64,000 nt of DNA from Opitutia bacterium (GCA_947478395.1 CANJVR010000009.1:27232-91231), one strand, 5' to 3'; positions 37,000 through 48,297 are shown, counted from the first letter of the stretch. The notes: generated from the letters alone by a model not told the origin. A program made the numbers and translations.

Positions 37000-38106
37000 T
37001 CAACGCACTTGCAAGGTGTCGCCTTCAAAAACCAAGCCAAGCGATGGGATCGTGACCGCCTTGCGGGTCCCCGCCTTCTTCACCCGACCCGCGATCCACG
37101 CTTCGTGGCCACAGGCGCGCGCGACCCCGACCACCGCCTCCGCTGCGTCCGGCGCCACATAGGCGGCGAAACCGACCCCCATGTTAAACGTGGCGTACGC
37201 CTCCCGCACCGTGATGGGGCCCGCCTCCATGAGAAATTGAAATAAAGCCGGCGCCGCATGCGGCTCGGAAATCTCATACACGAAAGGCTCGTCGAGCCGC
37301 ATGAGCTTGCGCCAGCCGTGACCCGTCACGTGCGCCACGTAATTCAACTTCAGCCCCGACTGCTGGCACTGGCTCACGAAATCCACGTAGATGGCCGACG
37401 CCGCCAGCAAGGCCTCACCATAGCTCCGCGGATCGCCGTGACCAATCGGCGTCTGATAACCTTGCGGAAGTTTATCGGCGATGAGACGGCACAGACTCAG
37501 GCCATTGGTCTGCACTCCGGTTGAAGCGAGGAAAACAATCACATCGCCATCGCTTACCTCGCCCGTGATGCGAAGCGACTTCGGCGCAATTTTCCCCACG
37601 GCAGATCCGGCGAGCACGATGGTTCCGGGATCCACGATTCCACGCAGCGTCGGCGTTTCACCGCCACCCCACACGGCGCCCGCCTGGCGGCAGCCGGCGG
37701 CGAAACCCTCAACCAGTTGCCGCGTCCGCGTCTCGTCCGCGAACCAGCCCGAGTCCCCCACCGCCGCATGCATCGCGACCGAGATCGGCAAGGCCCCGCA
37801 CGTGATGAGGTCGTTGACCATCGTTGCCACCGTATCGATCGCGATTTCCCGGTAGAAACATTGCCCCGTGGCGGCGTAAACCGCGTCGGCCACCAGGTTC
37901 TTCGTGCCCAGACCTTCCTCGACGTGCGCGAGAAAATGGTCCGCCGCTTCCATCAAGTACGCGCTCTCGCCGCGCGTGGTCGCCGGCTCGCCATAGCCGT
38001 GCGGTGCCAACGCCCCGGCCGTCGTGCGCGCCGCCTTCTGGCACGCACGCTTGAACGCATCGAGCTGGTCGTAGCGGACACCGGAAGATTCGTAGGATAG
38101 CGACAT
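37000..38106 (-). CDS. purM: Phosphoribosylformylglycinamidine cyclo-ligase (AIR synthase)
   Basis: MSLSYESSGV, EEGLGTK, MVNDLI..GA, GGETP, STGVQTNG, HVTGHG, TFNMGVG; adjacent to purF. Confidence 0.9.
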   Translation of the reverse strand: MSLSYESSGVRYDQLDAFKRACQKAARTTAGALAPHGYGEPATTRGESAYLMEAADHFLAHVEEGLGTKNLVADAVYAATGQCFYREIAIDTVATMVNDLITCGALPISVAMHAAVGDSGWFADETRTRQLVEGFAAGCRQAGAVWGGGETPTLRGIVDPGTIVLAGSAVGKIAPKSLRITGEVSDGDVIVFLASTGVQTNGLSLCRLIADKLPQGYQTPIGHGDPRSYGEALLAASAIYVDFVSQCQQSGLKLNYVAHVTGHGWRKLMRLDEPFVYEISEPHAAPALFQFLMEAGPITVREAYATFNMGVGFAAYVAPDAAEAVVGVARACGHEAWIAGRVKKAGTRKAVTIPSLGLVFEGDTLQVR

Positions 38107-38163
38107 GAGAAAAAACGCCGGGCTACGAACGCTTCAAACAGAACCTCTCAGCCGCGGCACTCA

Positions 38164-40110
38164 TCAGTAACTGCGACCCTCGGCCTGCTCGTAATAGTTG
38201 AGGTAGGCTTGGTTCACGACCCGGTAGCCGCCAGGCGTCGGATATTTTCCAGTGAAATACCAATCGCCCGTGTGCGCGGGCACGGCGGCGTGGAGGTTTT
38301 CGATGGTTTGAAAAATGATCTCGATCTCGCCTTTCCACTCGACGCCCTTGGGCCAGACCCGCTCGACGATTTTGCGCGAAATCTCCTCGGGCGTGAACGG
38401 CTCGTAGATTTTGCGCACGTGGTTGGTCATGCCGTGCCGCGCAACTTCGTCGCGACACGCCTGGTGCACCTCGGCGAGCAACACGCCCTGCCCACGTTCC
38501 TTCAACAGCGCGACCGCCGCCTCGAACGCGACGAATTTCCCCAGCTCCGACATGTCGATGCCGTAGCAATCCGGGTAGCGAATCTGCGGCGCCGTGGAAA
38601 CGATGATGATCTTCCGCGGATTGAGCCGCGTGAGAATGCGCAGGATGGATTTGCGCAACGTCGTGCCGCGCACGATCGAGTCGTCGACACACACGAGGTT
38701 GTCCCCCGGCTTCACCGAGCCGTAGGTGATATCGTACACGTGACTCGCGAGCTGGTTGCGCATGCCTTCCTGGCCGATGAACGTGCGGATCTTGATGTCC
38801 TTGCTCACGACTTTCTCGCCGCGCGGCCAATTCCGTAAAATCAGGTCGTCGAGCAGCGCCTCGTCGAGCTTACCCGCCGCGCTCGCTGCGAGGATCGCCG
38901 CTTTTACTTCGTCGCGCCGCCGCGTACGCAAAGCCGACATCATTCCGTAGTAAGCGACCTCCGCCGTATTGGGGATAAAACTGAAAACCGTATTCGCCCA
39001 GTCTCGGCCAATGGACTTGATCACCTGGTCGGCGAGCCCGCCACCGAGCGCCTGACGCTCACGATAGATGTCGAGATCGTTGCCCCGGGAAAAATAAATG
39101 CGCTCAAACGAACACGAGGCGCGGGGCAGCGGCGCCGTGAATTGCACCGTGCTCACCGTGCCGCGCCGCTTCATGACGACCACGTGGCCGGGGGGAACTT
39201 CCTGCACCTGATCGATCGAAAGATCGAACACCGTCATCAGGGGCGCGCGTTCAGACGCGAAGGCGACGACCTCGTCGTTTTGAAAATAAAAACAGGGACG
39301 GATGCCCGAGGGATCGCGCGCGACGAACGCATCGCCGTTGCCGATTTGACCGCAAAGCGTGTAGCCGCCGTCCCATTTTTCCGAGGCGCGCGTGAGCACG
39401 CGGGCCACGTCCAGATCCTCGCTGATCCGCCGGGAAAGTTCTTCCCCGGCGAGATTGCGCGTGCGCAGGAAGCGGTAGATGTCCTCGTGCTCCTCATCGA
39501 GGAAGAAGCCGATCTTTTCGAGAATCGCCTGCGTGTCGGTCGCGTAGATCGGATGCTGGCCCATCGCCGTGAGCGATTGGTTAAGCTCCGTCGTATTCGT
39601 CAGGTTAAAATTTCCGCAGAGGGCGAGATTGCGCGTCGGCCAGGGACTGCGCCGGAAAAACGGGTGGCACGAACTGAGGCTGTAGCCGCCGCTGGTGCCA
39701 TAACGGAGGTGCCCCATGAGGGATTCGCCGCCGAAGTCGAAGTGCCGCTTAACCGTATCGGCGAACTCCGGATGGATGATGCCGGTGGCGACACGCTCGT
39801 TGTACTGCCCGAGCAGGGTCTTGAAAATCTTGTCGAGCGGATTGGTCTTCACGCAGCGCTCGCGGAACATGAATGGCTCGCCGGCCGGCGTATCGAGCTT
39901 CACGCAGGACACGCCCGCGCCGTCCTGCCCGCGGTTGTGCTGCTTTTCCATCAGCAGGAAAAGCTTCGTGAAACCCCAGAGCGGCGTGCCGTATTTCTCC
40001 TGATAATAGGAGAGCGGCTTCAGCAGCCGCACGAGCGCGATACCGCATTCGTGCGTGAGCAACGCGTCGCGCCGCTCTTCGAATTCATCTCCGGGCGACG
40101 GAACGCTCAT
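38164..40110 (-). CDS. purF: Amidophosphoribosyltransferase (long form)
   Basis: HECGI N-terminal nucleophile, QHNRGQDGAG, GHLRYGT, CSFERIYFSRG, VDDSIVRGTT PRPP motif. Confidence 0.93.
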   Translation of the reverse strand: MSVPSPGDEFEERRDALLTHECGIALVRLLKPLSYYQEKYGTPLWGFTKLFLLMEKQHNRGQDGAGVSCVKLDTPAGEPFMFRERCVKTNPLDKIFKTLLGQYNERVATGIIHPEFADTVKRHFDFGGESLMGHLRYGTSGGYSLSSCHPFFRRSPWPTRNLALCGNFNLTNTTELNQSLTAMGQHPIYATDTQAILEKIGFFLDEEHEDIYRFLRTRNLAGEELSRRISEDLDVARVLTRASEKWDGGYTLCGQIGNGDAFVARDPSGIRPCFYFQNDEVVAFASERAPLMTVFDLSIDQVQEVPPGHVVVMKRRGTVSTVQFTAPLPRASCSFERIYFSRGNDLDIYRERQALGGGLADQVIKSIGRDWANTVFSFIPNTAEVAYYGMMSALRTRRRDEVKAAILAASAAGKLDEALLDDLILRNWPRGEKVVSKDIKIRTFIGQEGMRNQLASHVYDITYGSVKPGDNLVCVDDSIVRGTTLRKSILRILTRLNPRKIIIVSTAPQIRYPDCYGIDMSELGKFVAFEAAVALLKERGQGVLLAEVHQACRDEVARHGMTNHVRKIYEPFTPEEISRKIVERVWPKGVEWKGEIEIIFQTIENLHAAVPAHTGDWYFTGKYPTPGGYRVVNQAYLNYYEQAEGRSY

Positions 40111-40361
40111 GCGCGGGTCACGAGACGTTGCAGCCCGCGCGGCGAGGCGTGAAACGAGGGCAAGCGGACCACGCTGCCTGATTGGACCGCAATCGGTGGG
40201 ATGAAATTCATGCGACGGGCGAAGGAAAAGGGCTGATTTCGCGGACGCACCGGGAATGGTCAACGGCTTTCTCCGTGCATCGCGTTTTAGGAAAATTCCG
40301 CGGCACTTTCAGTCCCCTTGACCGCATGGGCGTTGTCTCGAAGCATCGCATTTCCTCCACC

Positions 40362-43300
40362 ATGTTGATCCTCCGTGGCTCGCCCGCCCTCTCTCCATTT
40401 CGCCTGCAAAAATTAACGCAGGATCTCGCCGGCGCCGGAGTGACCGTGCGCGCCATCAGCGCTGAATTCGTGCACGTGGTCGAACTCACCACCGAGCTGA
40501 CCGCCGTCGAACGCGGCGTGTTGGAGCAACTGCTCACCTACGGCCCGCGCCGCGCCCCAGTTCCCGTCGAAGGCCTCGTTCAAGTGATCGCGCCGCGGCC
40601 GGGCACCATTTCCCCGTGGTCCTCAAAAGCGACCGACATCGCGCATATTTGCGGTCTGGTCGCGGTGAAACGCATCGAGCGCGTGATCGCCTACACCCTT
40701 GATCTCGGCGCGCCGCATCCCGGGTCTCAAATCGCAGATTTCAAATCTCAAATCGCAGCGAAGCTGAGCGACCGCATGACCCAGGTCGTGTTCGCCGAAC
40801 TCGCCGCGTGCGAGGTGCTGTTTCGCCACGAAGCGCCGCGGCGCATGACCAGCGTGCCCGTCCTCGCCCAGGGCCGCGCGGCGCTCGCCGCCGCCAACGT
40901 CGCGCTCGGACTCGCGCTCGCCGAGGACGAAATCGATTACCTCGTCAACGCCTTCACCACGCTTGGACGCGATCCGAACGACATCGAGTTAATGATGTTT
41001 GCCCAGGCCAACTCCGAGCATTGCCGGCATAAAATTTTTAACGCCACCTGGGACATCGACGGTACCACGAAGGACCACTCGCTGTTCCAGATGATCAAGC
41101 ACACGTACACGCTGCACAGCGAAGGGATCCTTTCCGCCTACAAGGACAACGCCGCCGTCCTCGCCGGCACGCGCGGCGGCCGCTTTTATGTCGACCCACG
41201 CACCCAGGAATACGCGGCGCACGACGAAGACATCCACCTTCTTTGCAAAGTTGAAACGCACAATCACCCGACCGCGATCTCGCCGTTTTCCGGCGCGGCG
41301 ACGGGCTCGGGCGGCGAAATCCGCGACGAAGGTGCGACGGGCCGCGGCTCCAAACCGAAAGCCGGACTCGTCGGCTTCAGCGTTTCAAATCTGCGCCTTC
41401 CCGGCGCGATCCAGCCGTGGGAAAAAGATCACGGCAAACCCAACCGCATCGTCTCCGCGCTCGACATCATGATCGAGGGCCCGCTCGGCGGCGCCGCCTT
41501 CAACAACGAATTCGGCCGCCCCGCGATCAACGGATATTTCCGGACGTTCGAACAAAAGGTTCCGAGCTCCCAACCCGAAATCCGAAACCCGAAACTCGAA
41601 ACCGCAGCTCCTTCGTCCGAGCTGCGCGGCTACCACAAGCCGATCATGCTGGCCGGCGGACTCGGAAACATCAAAGCCGAGCACGTCAAAAAAGGGGCGA
41701 TCAACCCGGGCGATCAGTTAATCGTCCTCGGCGGACCCGCGATGTTGATCGGCCTCGGCGGCGGCGCCGCTAGTTCGATGGCGAGCGGACACGGCAACGA
41801 GGATCTCGATTTCGCCAGCGTCCAACGCGACAACGCGGAGATGGAACGACGTTGCCAGGAGGTCATCGACCGCTGCTGGGCATTGGGCGCCGACAATCCG
41901 ATTTCATTCATTCACGACGTCGGGGCCGGCGGCATCTCCAACGCCCTGCCCGAGCTCGTCAACGACGGCGGACGTGGCGGAAAATTTCAGCTCCGCGCCG
42001 TGCCGAACGACGAGCCCGGTATGTCCCCGCTCGAGATCTGGTGCAACGAATCCCAGGAGCGTTACGTGCTCGCCGTCCCGGCGGCGCATCTTCCGTTGTT
42101 CGAAGCGCTCTGCGACCGCGAGCGCTGTCCGTTTGCGGTCGTCGGCGAAGCGACCGCCGCAAAACAGCTCGTTTTAGAGGACGCCCATTTCAACAACACC
42201 CCCATCGATCTCCCGCTCGACGTCCTCCTCGGCAAACCGCCGCGCATGCACCGCAGCGATGCCACCCGCACGCGGCCGCAGCATCCCCTCGACCTCAGCA
42301 CGCTAACCCGCCCCGAGGTAGGGCGCGTTATCCCTAACGCGCCGTCCACCGTTGCCACCGAACGCGCCGCGCTCGCCGAAGCCATTCGCCGCGTCCTCGC
42401 CCATCCCACCGTCGCGGACAAAACATTTCTGATTTCCATCGGCGATCGCACGCTCGGCGGGCTCATCGCCCGCGATCAAATGGTCGGTCCTTGGCAGGTG
42501 CCCGTCGCCGATTGCGCCGTCACGGCCGCCGCATTCGACGTATACACCGGCGAAGCCATGGCCATGGGCGAGCGTACCCCCGTCGCCGTCAACCATGCCG
42601 CCGCCTCCGCCCGGCTCGCGGTCGGCGAAGCACTCACTAATCTCGCCGCCGCACAGATCGGCGATCTCGGCAAAGTGAACCTCTCCGCCAACTGGATGGC
42701 CGCGCCTGCGGTCCCCGGTGACGGCGCGGATCTCTACGCCGCCGTGCAAGCGGTCGGTTTGGAACTCTGTCCCGCCCTCGGGATCACGATTCCCGTGGGG
42801 AAAGATTCGATGAGCATGAGCACCGTCTGGGAGGAAAAATCCTCCGGCGAGAAAAAGCGGGTCACCGCCCCGATCTCGCTGATCGTTTCCGCCTTCGCCC
42901 CGGTGGCCGACATCCGCCTCACGCTCACGCCGCAACTGCGTTACGACCGACCCGAATCCTTTGCGCAGGAGCAAAAAGAAAAAACGGAGAAACCGACACC
43001 GCTTGGTGCAGGCCCCTCTTCCGCTCCTTCGGTTAAAATTTCCGAATCCATCAGCGAGCCGATTGGCGATACCGTCCTCCTTCTTATCGACCTCGGCCGC
43101 GGCAAGAACCGACTCGGCGGCTCGATCCTCGCGCAGACTGTTTCGCAGATGGGCGAAGCCACGCCCGACGTCGACAGCCCGAAGGACCTGAAAAATTTCT
43201 GGAACGCGATCCAGCGGCTCGGTCGCGATAAAAAACTCCTCGCCTACCATGATCGCTCGGACGGCGGACTACTGGCCGCGGTCGTCGAAATGGCCTTCGC

Positions 43301-44579
43301 CGGCCACACCGGGGTCGATCTCGAAATTCCTCAAGGCCACGAAGTCTTTTCAGCTCTCTTCAACGAAGAACTGGGCGCTGTCATCCAAATCCGCGCCGTC
43401 GATCTCGACGCCGTTTCGCTCACGCTGCGGGAGCACGGATTCAAGGCCTGCACCACGCGCATCGGCACGCTCAACCGCACGCACACACTGCGCGTGAACC
43501 GTGGCGGTAAAGCCATCTTTGAGGAAAATCTTTTTGCCCTGCGCGGGATTTGGTCCGACGTCACCCGTCGCATCGCCTCGCTCCGCGATAACCCGGTCAG
43601 CGCCGAACAGGAACATCAACTTCGCCTCGATCCGCAAAACCCCGGCATCACGCCGAAGATCACGTTCAAATTCGGAAAGGTGCCCACGGAACACACGGAG
43701 CACACGGAAGCCCAATCCGATTCTTCATCTGTGTCCTCCGCGAAATCCGCCGCAAAAATTCCGGATTCCGTGTCCTCCGTGTATTCCGTGGGCAAATCCC
43801 AAGTCCGCCCGCCGATCGCCATCCTGCGCGAACAAGGTGTAAACGGCGAAGTGGAGATGGCCGCCGCTTTCACGCGCGCTGGCTTCAAGGCGATCGATGT
43901 CCACATGACCGACATCCTCAGCGGGCGAGTCTCGCTGCAAGATTTTCGCGGCCTCGCAGCGTGCGGCGGATTCAGTTACGGCGACGTGCTCGGGGCCGGC
44001 GAGGGCTGGGCCAAGAGCATCCTCTTCAATCCACGCGCCCGCGCCGAGTTCGCGGCGTTCTTCGCGCGCGAGGATGCGTTCGCGCTCGGCGTCTGCAACG
44101 GCTGTCAGATGGTAAGCAACCTGCACTCGATCATCCCGGGCGCCGAACTCTGGCCGCGCTTTGTGCAAAACCAAAGCGAGCGGTACGAGGGCCGGTTCGT
44201 TTCGGTCAAAATCGAAAAAAGTCCGAGCGTGTTATTTAGCGGGATGGAGGGCTCCGTCATTCCCATCGCGGTCGCACACGGCGAAGGCTACGCCGAATTC
44301 AAAGACGCCGCCGCCGCCAAACGCTGCAACGACTCTGGCCTCGTGACCGGACGGTTCGTGGATAATCACCACGCGATCACCGAGCAATATCCGCTCAATC
44401 CGAACGGTTCACCTTTCGGCATGACGGCACTCACGACGACGACCGGTCGGGTCACGATCATGATGCCACACCCCGAACGCGTTTTCCGTACCGCCGCGAT
44501 GAGCTGGCATCCCGAAACCTGGGGCGAAGACAGCCCCTGGATGAAACTCTTCGCCAACGCCCGCGCTTGGGTGGGGTAA
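40362..44579 (+). CDS. purL: Phosphoribosylformylglycinamidine synthase, large fused type
   Basis: [55 protein letters not shown]. Confidence 0.98.
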   Translation: MLILRGSPALSPFRLQKLTQDLAGAGVTVRAISAEFVHVVELTTELTAVERGVLEQLLTYGPRRAPVPVEGLVQVIAPRPGTISPWSSKATDIAHICGLVAVKRIERVIAYTLDLGAPHPGSQIADFKSQIAAKLSDRMTQVVFAELAACEVLFRHEAPRRMTSVPVLAQGRAALAAANVALGLALAEDEIDYLVNAFTTLGRDPNDIELMMFAQANSEHCRHKIFNATWDIDGTTKDHSLFQMIKHTYTLHSEGILSAYKDNAAVLAGTRGGRFYVDPRTQEYAAHDEDIHLLCKVETHNHPTAISPFSGAATGSGGEIRDEGATGRGSKPKAGLVGFSVSNLRLPGAIQPWEKDHGKPNRIVSALDIMIEGPLGGAAFNNEFGRPAINGYFRTFEQKVPSSQPEIRNPKLETAAPSSELRGYHKPIMLAGGLGNIKAEHVKKGAINPGDQLIVLGGPAMLIGLGGGAASSMASGHGNEDLDFASVQRDNAEMERRCQEVIDRCWALGADNPISFIHDVGAGGISNALPELVNDGGRGGKFQLRAVPNDEPGMSPLEIWCNESQERYVLAVPAAHLPLFEALCDRERCPFAVVGEATAAKQLVLEDAHFNNTPIDLPLDVLLGKPPRMHRSDATRTRPQHPLDLSTLTRPEVGRVIPNAPSTVATERAALAEAIRRVLAHPTVADKTFLISIGDRTLGGLIARDQMVGPWQVPVADCAVTAAAFDVYTGEAMAMGERTPVAVNHAAASARLAVGEALTNLAAAQIGDLGKVNLSANWMAAPAVPGDGADLYAAVQAVGLELCPALGITIPVGKDSMSMSTVWEEKSSGEKKRVTAPISLIVSAFAPVADIRLTLTPQLRYDRPESFAQEQKEKTEKPTPLGAGPSSAPSVKISESISEPIGDTVLLLIDLGRGKNRLGGSILAQTVSQMGEATPDVDSPKDLKNFWNAIQRLGRDKKLLAYHDRSDGGLLAAVVEMAFAGHTGVDLEIPQGHEVFSALFNEELGAVIQIRAVDLDAVSLTLREHGFKACTTRIGTLNRTHTLRVNRGGKAIFEENLFALRGIWSDVTRRIASLRDNPVSAEQEHQLRLDPQNPGITPKITFKFGKVPTEHTEHTEAQSDSSSVSSAKSAAKIPDSVSSVYSVGKSQVRPPIAILREQGVNGEVEMAAAFTRAGFKAIDVHMTDILSGRVSLQDFRGLAACGGFSYGDVLGAGEGWAKSILFNPRARAEFAAFFAREDAFALGVCNGCQMVSNLHSIIPGAELWPRFVQNQSERYEGRFVSVKIEKSPSVLFSGMEGSVIPIAVAHGEGYAEFKDAAAAKRCNDSGLVTGRFVDNHHAITEQYPLNPNGSPFGMTALTTTTGRVTIMMPHPERVFRTAAMSWHPETWGEDSPWMKLFANARAWVG
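42318..42344 (+). repeat. GTAG REP palindrome (family 1) in frame inside purL
   Basis: gtagggcgcgttatccctaacgcgccg equals the reverse complement of the right arm at 52072..52098; encodes VGRVIPNAP. Confidence 0.85.
43681..43794. repeat. 114 bp inverted-repeat element in frame inside purL
   Basis: 29 bp arms tgcccacggaacacacggagcacacggaa and ttccgtgtcctccgtgtattccgtgggca pair at 27/29. Confidence 0.85.
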
Positions 44580-44719
44580 GCTGCTCGGAAAATCGCCGTC
44601 GGCATCCCGGATTGTCCCACGAAAGCGATCGGGCAAATAACAGCCCAGCATCCCGTCGCTCGTAGGGCTCGCGAAGTCACCGGCAACTTTGACCGAAGAT
44701 CGTGGTCCGTCTTCGGTCC

Positions 44720-44932
44720 ATGAACGACGCTCAATCCCACCATCACGGCCGACCGCACGCCGCCGAACATCCCCCGCATCGCCCTTACTGGAAGCGAATG
44801 CACCACAGCCCGTTCTTTTGGGTCGCGGCTTTTTTCATTCTGCTGGCGATGACCATCTACGTCGCCACGAACAATCTCGCTTTCCGGCCCAGCCAAAAAA
44901 TTCAAGCGCCGGTTCCCGCGCTCGCACCTTGA
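44720..44932 (+). CDS. Small His-rich single-TM membrane protein
   Basis: MNDAQSHHHGRPH...YWKRMHHSPFFWVAAFFILLAMTIYV; fills the gap after purL. Confidence 0.55.
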   Translation: MNDAQSHHHGRPHAAEHPPHRPYWKRMHHSPFFWVAAFFILLAMTIYVATNNLAFRPSQKIQAPVPALAP

Positions 44933-44946
44933 TCAGCTCGTTTTGA

Positions 44947-44971
44947 GTAGCGGCAGGCGTCTCTGCCTGCC
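44947..44971 (+). repeat. GTAG-type REP palindrome, family 2
   Basis: gtagc-ggcaggcgtctctgcctgcc; matches the copy at 16522..16546. Confidence 0.6.
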
Positions 44972-45063
44972 GGGTTCGGCTTCCTCGCTGCGGCCGGCAG
45001 CTACGCTTTGGGTTAAACCGATCCCGCGCCACCGTTCCGAGGAACCGCGTCCCGCTGCACGCT

Positions 45064-45471
45064 TCAATCGACTAGCGCTTCGACCACGGAGAAATAGTCG
45101 AGCACGACCTCGACGCGTTCATCCAACGTCACGCCCACGCGCGCACACTCGGCGCCGAGATAGGCCCAATGAGCGCGTCGCCAATGCTCGAGGCTTTTAT
45201 CACCTTCGCCTTCGACCGCCGCGTAAGCCGCGTCGACCTCGCAAAAGCGGCGGGTTTCTACGCGCGTGGTTTCAATCACGGCGATAGCCCGGCCGCATCC
45301 GTCGTGCACCACACTGCGCCGGCCGACCGCCGGCAACGGTTCGCGATCGAATGCATACGCCGCGAGCAACGCCGTCGTCGCGCGCTTGTCTCCGCGCAAA
45401 ACCAAAAACGCGGATGAGGTTTTCCCCTCCGGCGTAAGTCCAAATTCAGTGATCGGCAGAGCGGTCGACAC
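45064..45471 (-). CDS. ASCH domain protein
   Basis: LVLRGDKRATT, EGEGDKSLEHWRRAHW. Confidence 0.88.
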   Translation of the reverse strand: MSTALPITEFGLTPEGKTSSAFLVLRGDKRATTALLAAYAFDREPLPAVGRRSVVHDGCGRAIAVIETTRVETRRFCEVDAAYAAVEGEGDKSLEHWRRAHWAYLGAECARVGVTLDERVEVVLDYFSVVEALVD

Positions 45472-45571
45472 GCGGAATGCAGGATTAAGAGTAAATTGAA
45501 TCCGGCGAGCCCGACTTTTTGAATTTAAGCCTGCATTTCCATCCCCGGTCAGCGCGGCGCTCCGGAATTCC

Positions 45572-46060
45572 TTATTTCTTGTCCGCCGCTTTTTCTTTCG
45601 CCGCCTTCATGGCCGCGCGTTCGGAGGCATCGAGTTTGCCATCCTTGTTCGGGTCGTGGAGCGCGAGCTCCTCTTTCGTTATCTTCAGCTCGTTGATTTT
45701 TTCCTTCATCGCTTCCGCCACCACCTTGCTCGTCTCCACCGTCTTGTCCGCGACGGTCTTGCTCACCTCCACGATTTTTTCCCTCGCCTTGATCGCGGTG
45801 TCTTTGGTCACCGCATAAGCCTCCTTGGATTCTTCTTTCGTGACCTCCGCGGCGTGTTTGGTGCCTTCGGCGGCCTTGTCGTAAAGCTCGATCGATTTCG
45901 CCTTCGCCGCGACCGCCGCTTGCTTGGCGGCCTCCGCCACTTGCTGCGCCGTCACCTTCACGGCCTCCTTCGTCTTTTCGATTCTACTCTCCTCCGCTAG
46001 CAGTCGGAACGGGAGGGAAAGCACGAGAGCAAGGCAGATGAAACGAAACGGAGTTTTCAT
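45572..46060 (-). CDS. Secreted Lys/Ala/Glu-rich LEA-like helical protein with an EF-hand-like loop
   Basis: Signal peptide, amphipathic K/A/E/T repeats, DPNKDGKLDASE. Confidence 0.7.
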   Translation of the reverse strand: MKTPFRFICLALVLSLPFRLLAEESRIEKTKEAVKVTAQQVAEAAKQAAVAAKAKSIELYDKAAEGTKHAAEVTKEESKEAYAVTKDTAIKAREKIVEVSKTVADKTVETSKVVAEAMKEKINELKITKEELALHDPNKDGKLDASERAAMKAAKEKAADKK

Positions 46061-46175
46061 CGGTAAAATTGCGATTCAAGCCAACGTGAAGCCGTTCCTC
46101 GCGCCTGACAATACCGGCCACGCCCGCGCGCTCTATTGACCGCAATGGCATTTTTTCCCGACACTTGTCTCACCC

Positions 46176-47219
46176 ATGACTCGCACCGCCCCCGACGTTT
46201 TTCTTGGCACCGATTCCGGCGCTACCACTTCAAAGACCGGCGGCGTCTGGGCCGACGGCTCGCCCATATCGCTCAAGCTCCGGCAAAGCTCCACCAATTC
46301 CCAGCTCGGTACTGCCGCCGTTATCGCGGGCTGGGCCGAAGGCGTCGCCGGCTTTCTCGCCGACAACCAGCTTTCTTGGGACCAGGTGCGCGGCGTCGGC
46401 CTCGCGCTCCCTGGCCCGTACCTGCGCTACGGTGTGCTCGGCCAAAGCGCCAATCTTCCGGCGTCGTTCGACGGTTGGGATTTTCACACCGATTATTCCA
46501 CCGCGCTCGCCGCCAAGGCCGGCCGGCCGATTCCGCTTATCTGCGGCAACGACGGCAACTACGGCGGCGTCGGCGAAGCCGCGCGCGCCAGGGGAGACCG
46601 GCGCGCCGCGGTCCTGATGCTCGCGCCCGGCTCGGGTCTGGGAGCAGCTTACGTCGATCCCCGCGGCCTGCCTCTTGATGGCGATACGCTGGCCGGAATG
46701 GAAGCAGGCCATATGCCGGCACCGTTGCATCTCCTCGGCGGCATCCGGGCGTTTGCCTGCGGCTGCGGACGCACCTGGGGTTGTATCGAGGCCTACACGA
46801 CAATCTCCGGACTCCCGCAACTGCTCGCCGAGTTTTTACCCAAGTACCCGGATCATGAGCTGGCGACGTCGTCCGCGCCGATCAAAGACAAGGTGCTCTC
46901 GCTCCGCACCCGCGCGCAAAAAGGCGATCCACTGGCGCTGGAAATCTTCGATTTCCAAGCGCGCGCCCTCGGTCTTCACCTGGCGAGTCTCACCATCGCG
47001 CTCGACGCCGAGTTCGTCGTCATCGGTGGCGGCCTCATCGACCCCGAAGCCACCACCCCGGAATTTCGTCAGCGGTATCTGAATGGGATCCGCGCCGCGG
47101 CCGAGCCGTATTTTTTTCCGATGCAGCGCAAGTGCGTAAAAATCGTCCCGGCCGCGCTCGGCGAACTTTCCCAAGCCATCGGCGCCGCCCTCGTTGCCCT
47201 CTACTCCCACAAATCCTGA
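46176..47219 (+). CDS. ROK family sugar kinase
   Basis: GTDSGATTSK, GNDGN, GSGLG, EAGH...CGCGRTWGCIE. Confidence 0.9.
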   Translation: MTRTAPDVFLGTDSGATTSKTGGVWADGSPISLKLRQSSTNSQLGTAAVIAGWAEGVAGFLADNQLSWDQVRGVGLALPGPYLRYGVLGQSANLPASFDGWDFHTDYSTALAAKAGRPIPLICGNDGNYGGVGEAARARGDRRAAVLMLAPGSGLGAAYVDPRGLPLDGDTLAGMEAGHMPAPLHLLGGIRAFACGCGRTWGCIEAYTTISGLPQLLAEFLPKYPDHELATSSAPIKDKVLSLRTRAQKGDPLALEIFDFQARALGLHLASLTIALDAEFVVIGGGLIDPEATTPEFRQRYLNGIRAAAEPYFFPMQRKCVKIVPAALGELSQAIGAALVALYSHKS

Positions 47220-47313
47220 CCGCGAGTTCGGCCTGATCGCCCCTAAACTGGCCCGCTCCTCGCACGCCTCGCTCCGCTTTATTCCTTCAAACTTTCGCTC
47301 ACTCCATCACCCC

Positions 47314-48297
47314 ATGAAAAAAAACGCTCTGCTCGCTCTTCTCAGTTTGTTCACGGTCACGTTCGGGTGGCCCGAAGAAGTCGTCTCGCCCGCACCCGCC
47401 ACGACCGTTCCCGATGCGGCGGCCCGTGCCAGTCGCCCGCCAGCCAACACGCACGGCGTCGACATGCGCACCCAGGCCGATCCGGCCGGCACCGCCCGTT
47501 ACTCACCCCCGCTACCACTCGATGCGACGCTGCCCACCTTCTGGTTGATCGGTGATTCGACGGTGCGCAACGGCAGCGCCGGCGACGGCACCAACCTGAA
47601 TCAATGGGGTTGGGGCGCACCGCTGACGTTTTTCTTCGACGCGCAAAAGGTGAACGTCGTCAATCGCGCCCTCGGCGGCACCAGCGCGCGGAGTTTCTAC
47701 AACGGCAATTGGAAGGCCATGGTCGAGCTGATCAAGACGGGCGACACCGTGATCATGCAGTTCGGCACCAATGACGGCGGCGCTCCCGCCACCAGCGTCG
47801 GCGAGCTCCGCGGCATCGGTGAAGAAACCAGCGAAATCACGAACCGCGCCGGTAAATCGGAGACGGTCCATACTTTCGGTTGGTACCTTCGCCAAATAAT
47901 CGCCGAGACACGCGCCAAAGGCGCCACTCCGATCGTCTGCTCACTGATCCCGCGCAAAAGCTGGGACGAGCAGAAGCACATCAAACGCGCCCACGACACC
48001 TTCGCCGGCTGGGCCGGACAAGCGGCGGCGGCAGAAAAAGTCGGCTTCATCGACCTCAACGAATTGATCGCCCGCCGCCTCGACGTACTCGGCAAAGAAA
48101 AAGTCGACCTCCTCTACGTACCCAATCCGACACCCGAAAAACCGGGCGGCGAAACGGTTCATCCGGGCTGGGATGGAGCGGTCATCAACGCAGAAGTCGT
48201 CGTATCGGGCCTCAAGGCGCTCGGTGCCAAAAATCCCGTCGGCGCCTATTTTTCCGCCCGCGCCAGCACCGTGGCGGCCGCCACGACGCTCCCTTGA
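47314..48297 (+). CDS. SGNH/GDSL rhamnogalacturonan acetylesterase-like protein
   Basis: Signal peptide, IGDSTV, GWG, NRALGGTSARSF, QFGTND, ETVHP. Confidence 0.85.
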   Translation: MKKNALLALLSLFTVTFGWPEEVVSPAPATTVPDAAARASRPPANTHGVDMRTQADPAGTARYSPPLPLDATLPTFWLIGDSTVRNGSAGDGTNLNQWGWGAPLTFFFDAQKVNVVNRALGGTSARSFYNGNWKAMVELIKTGDTVIMQFGTNDGGAPATSVGELRGIGEETSEITNRAGKSETVHTFGWYLRQIIAETRAKGATPIVCSLIPRKSWDEQKHIKRAHDTFAGWAGQAAAAEKVGFIDLNELIARRLDVLGKEKVDLLYVPNPTPEKPGGETVHPGWDGAVINAEVVVSGLKALGAKNPVGAYFSARASTVAAATTLP

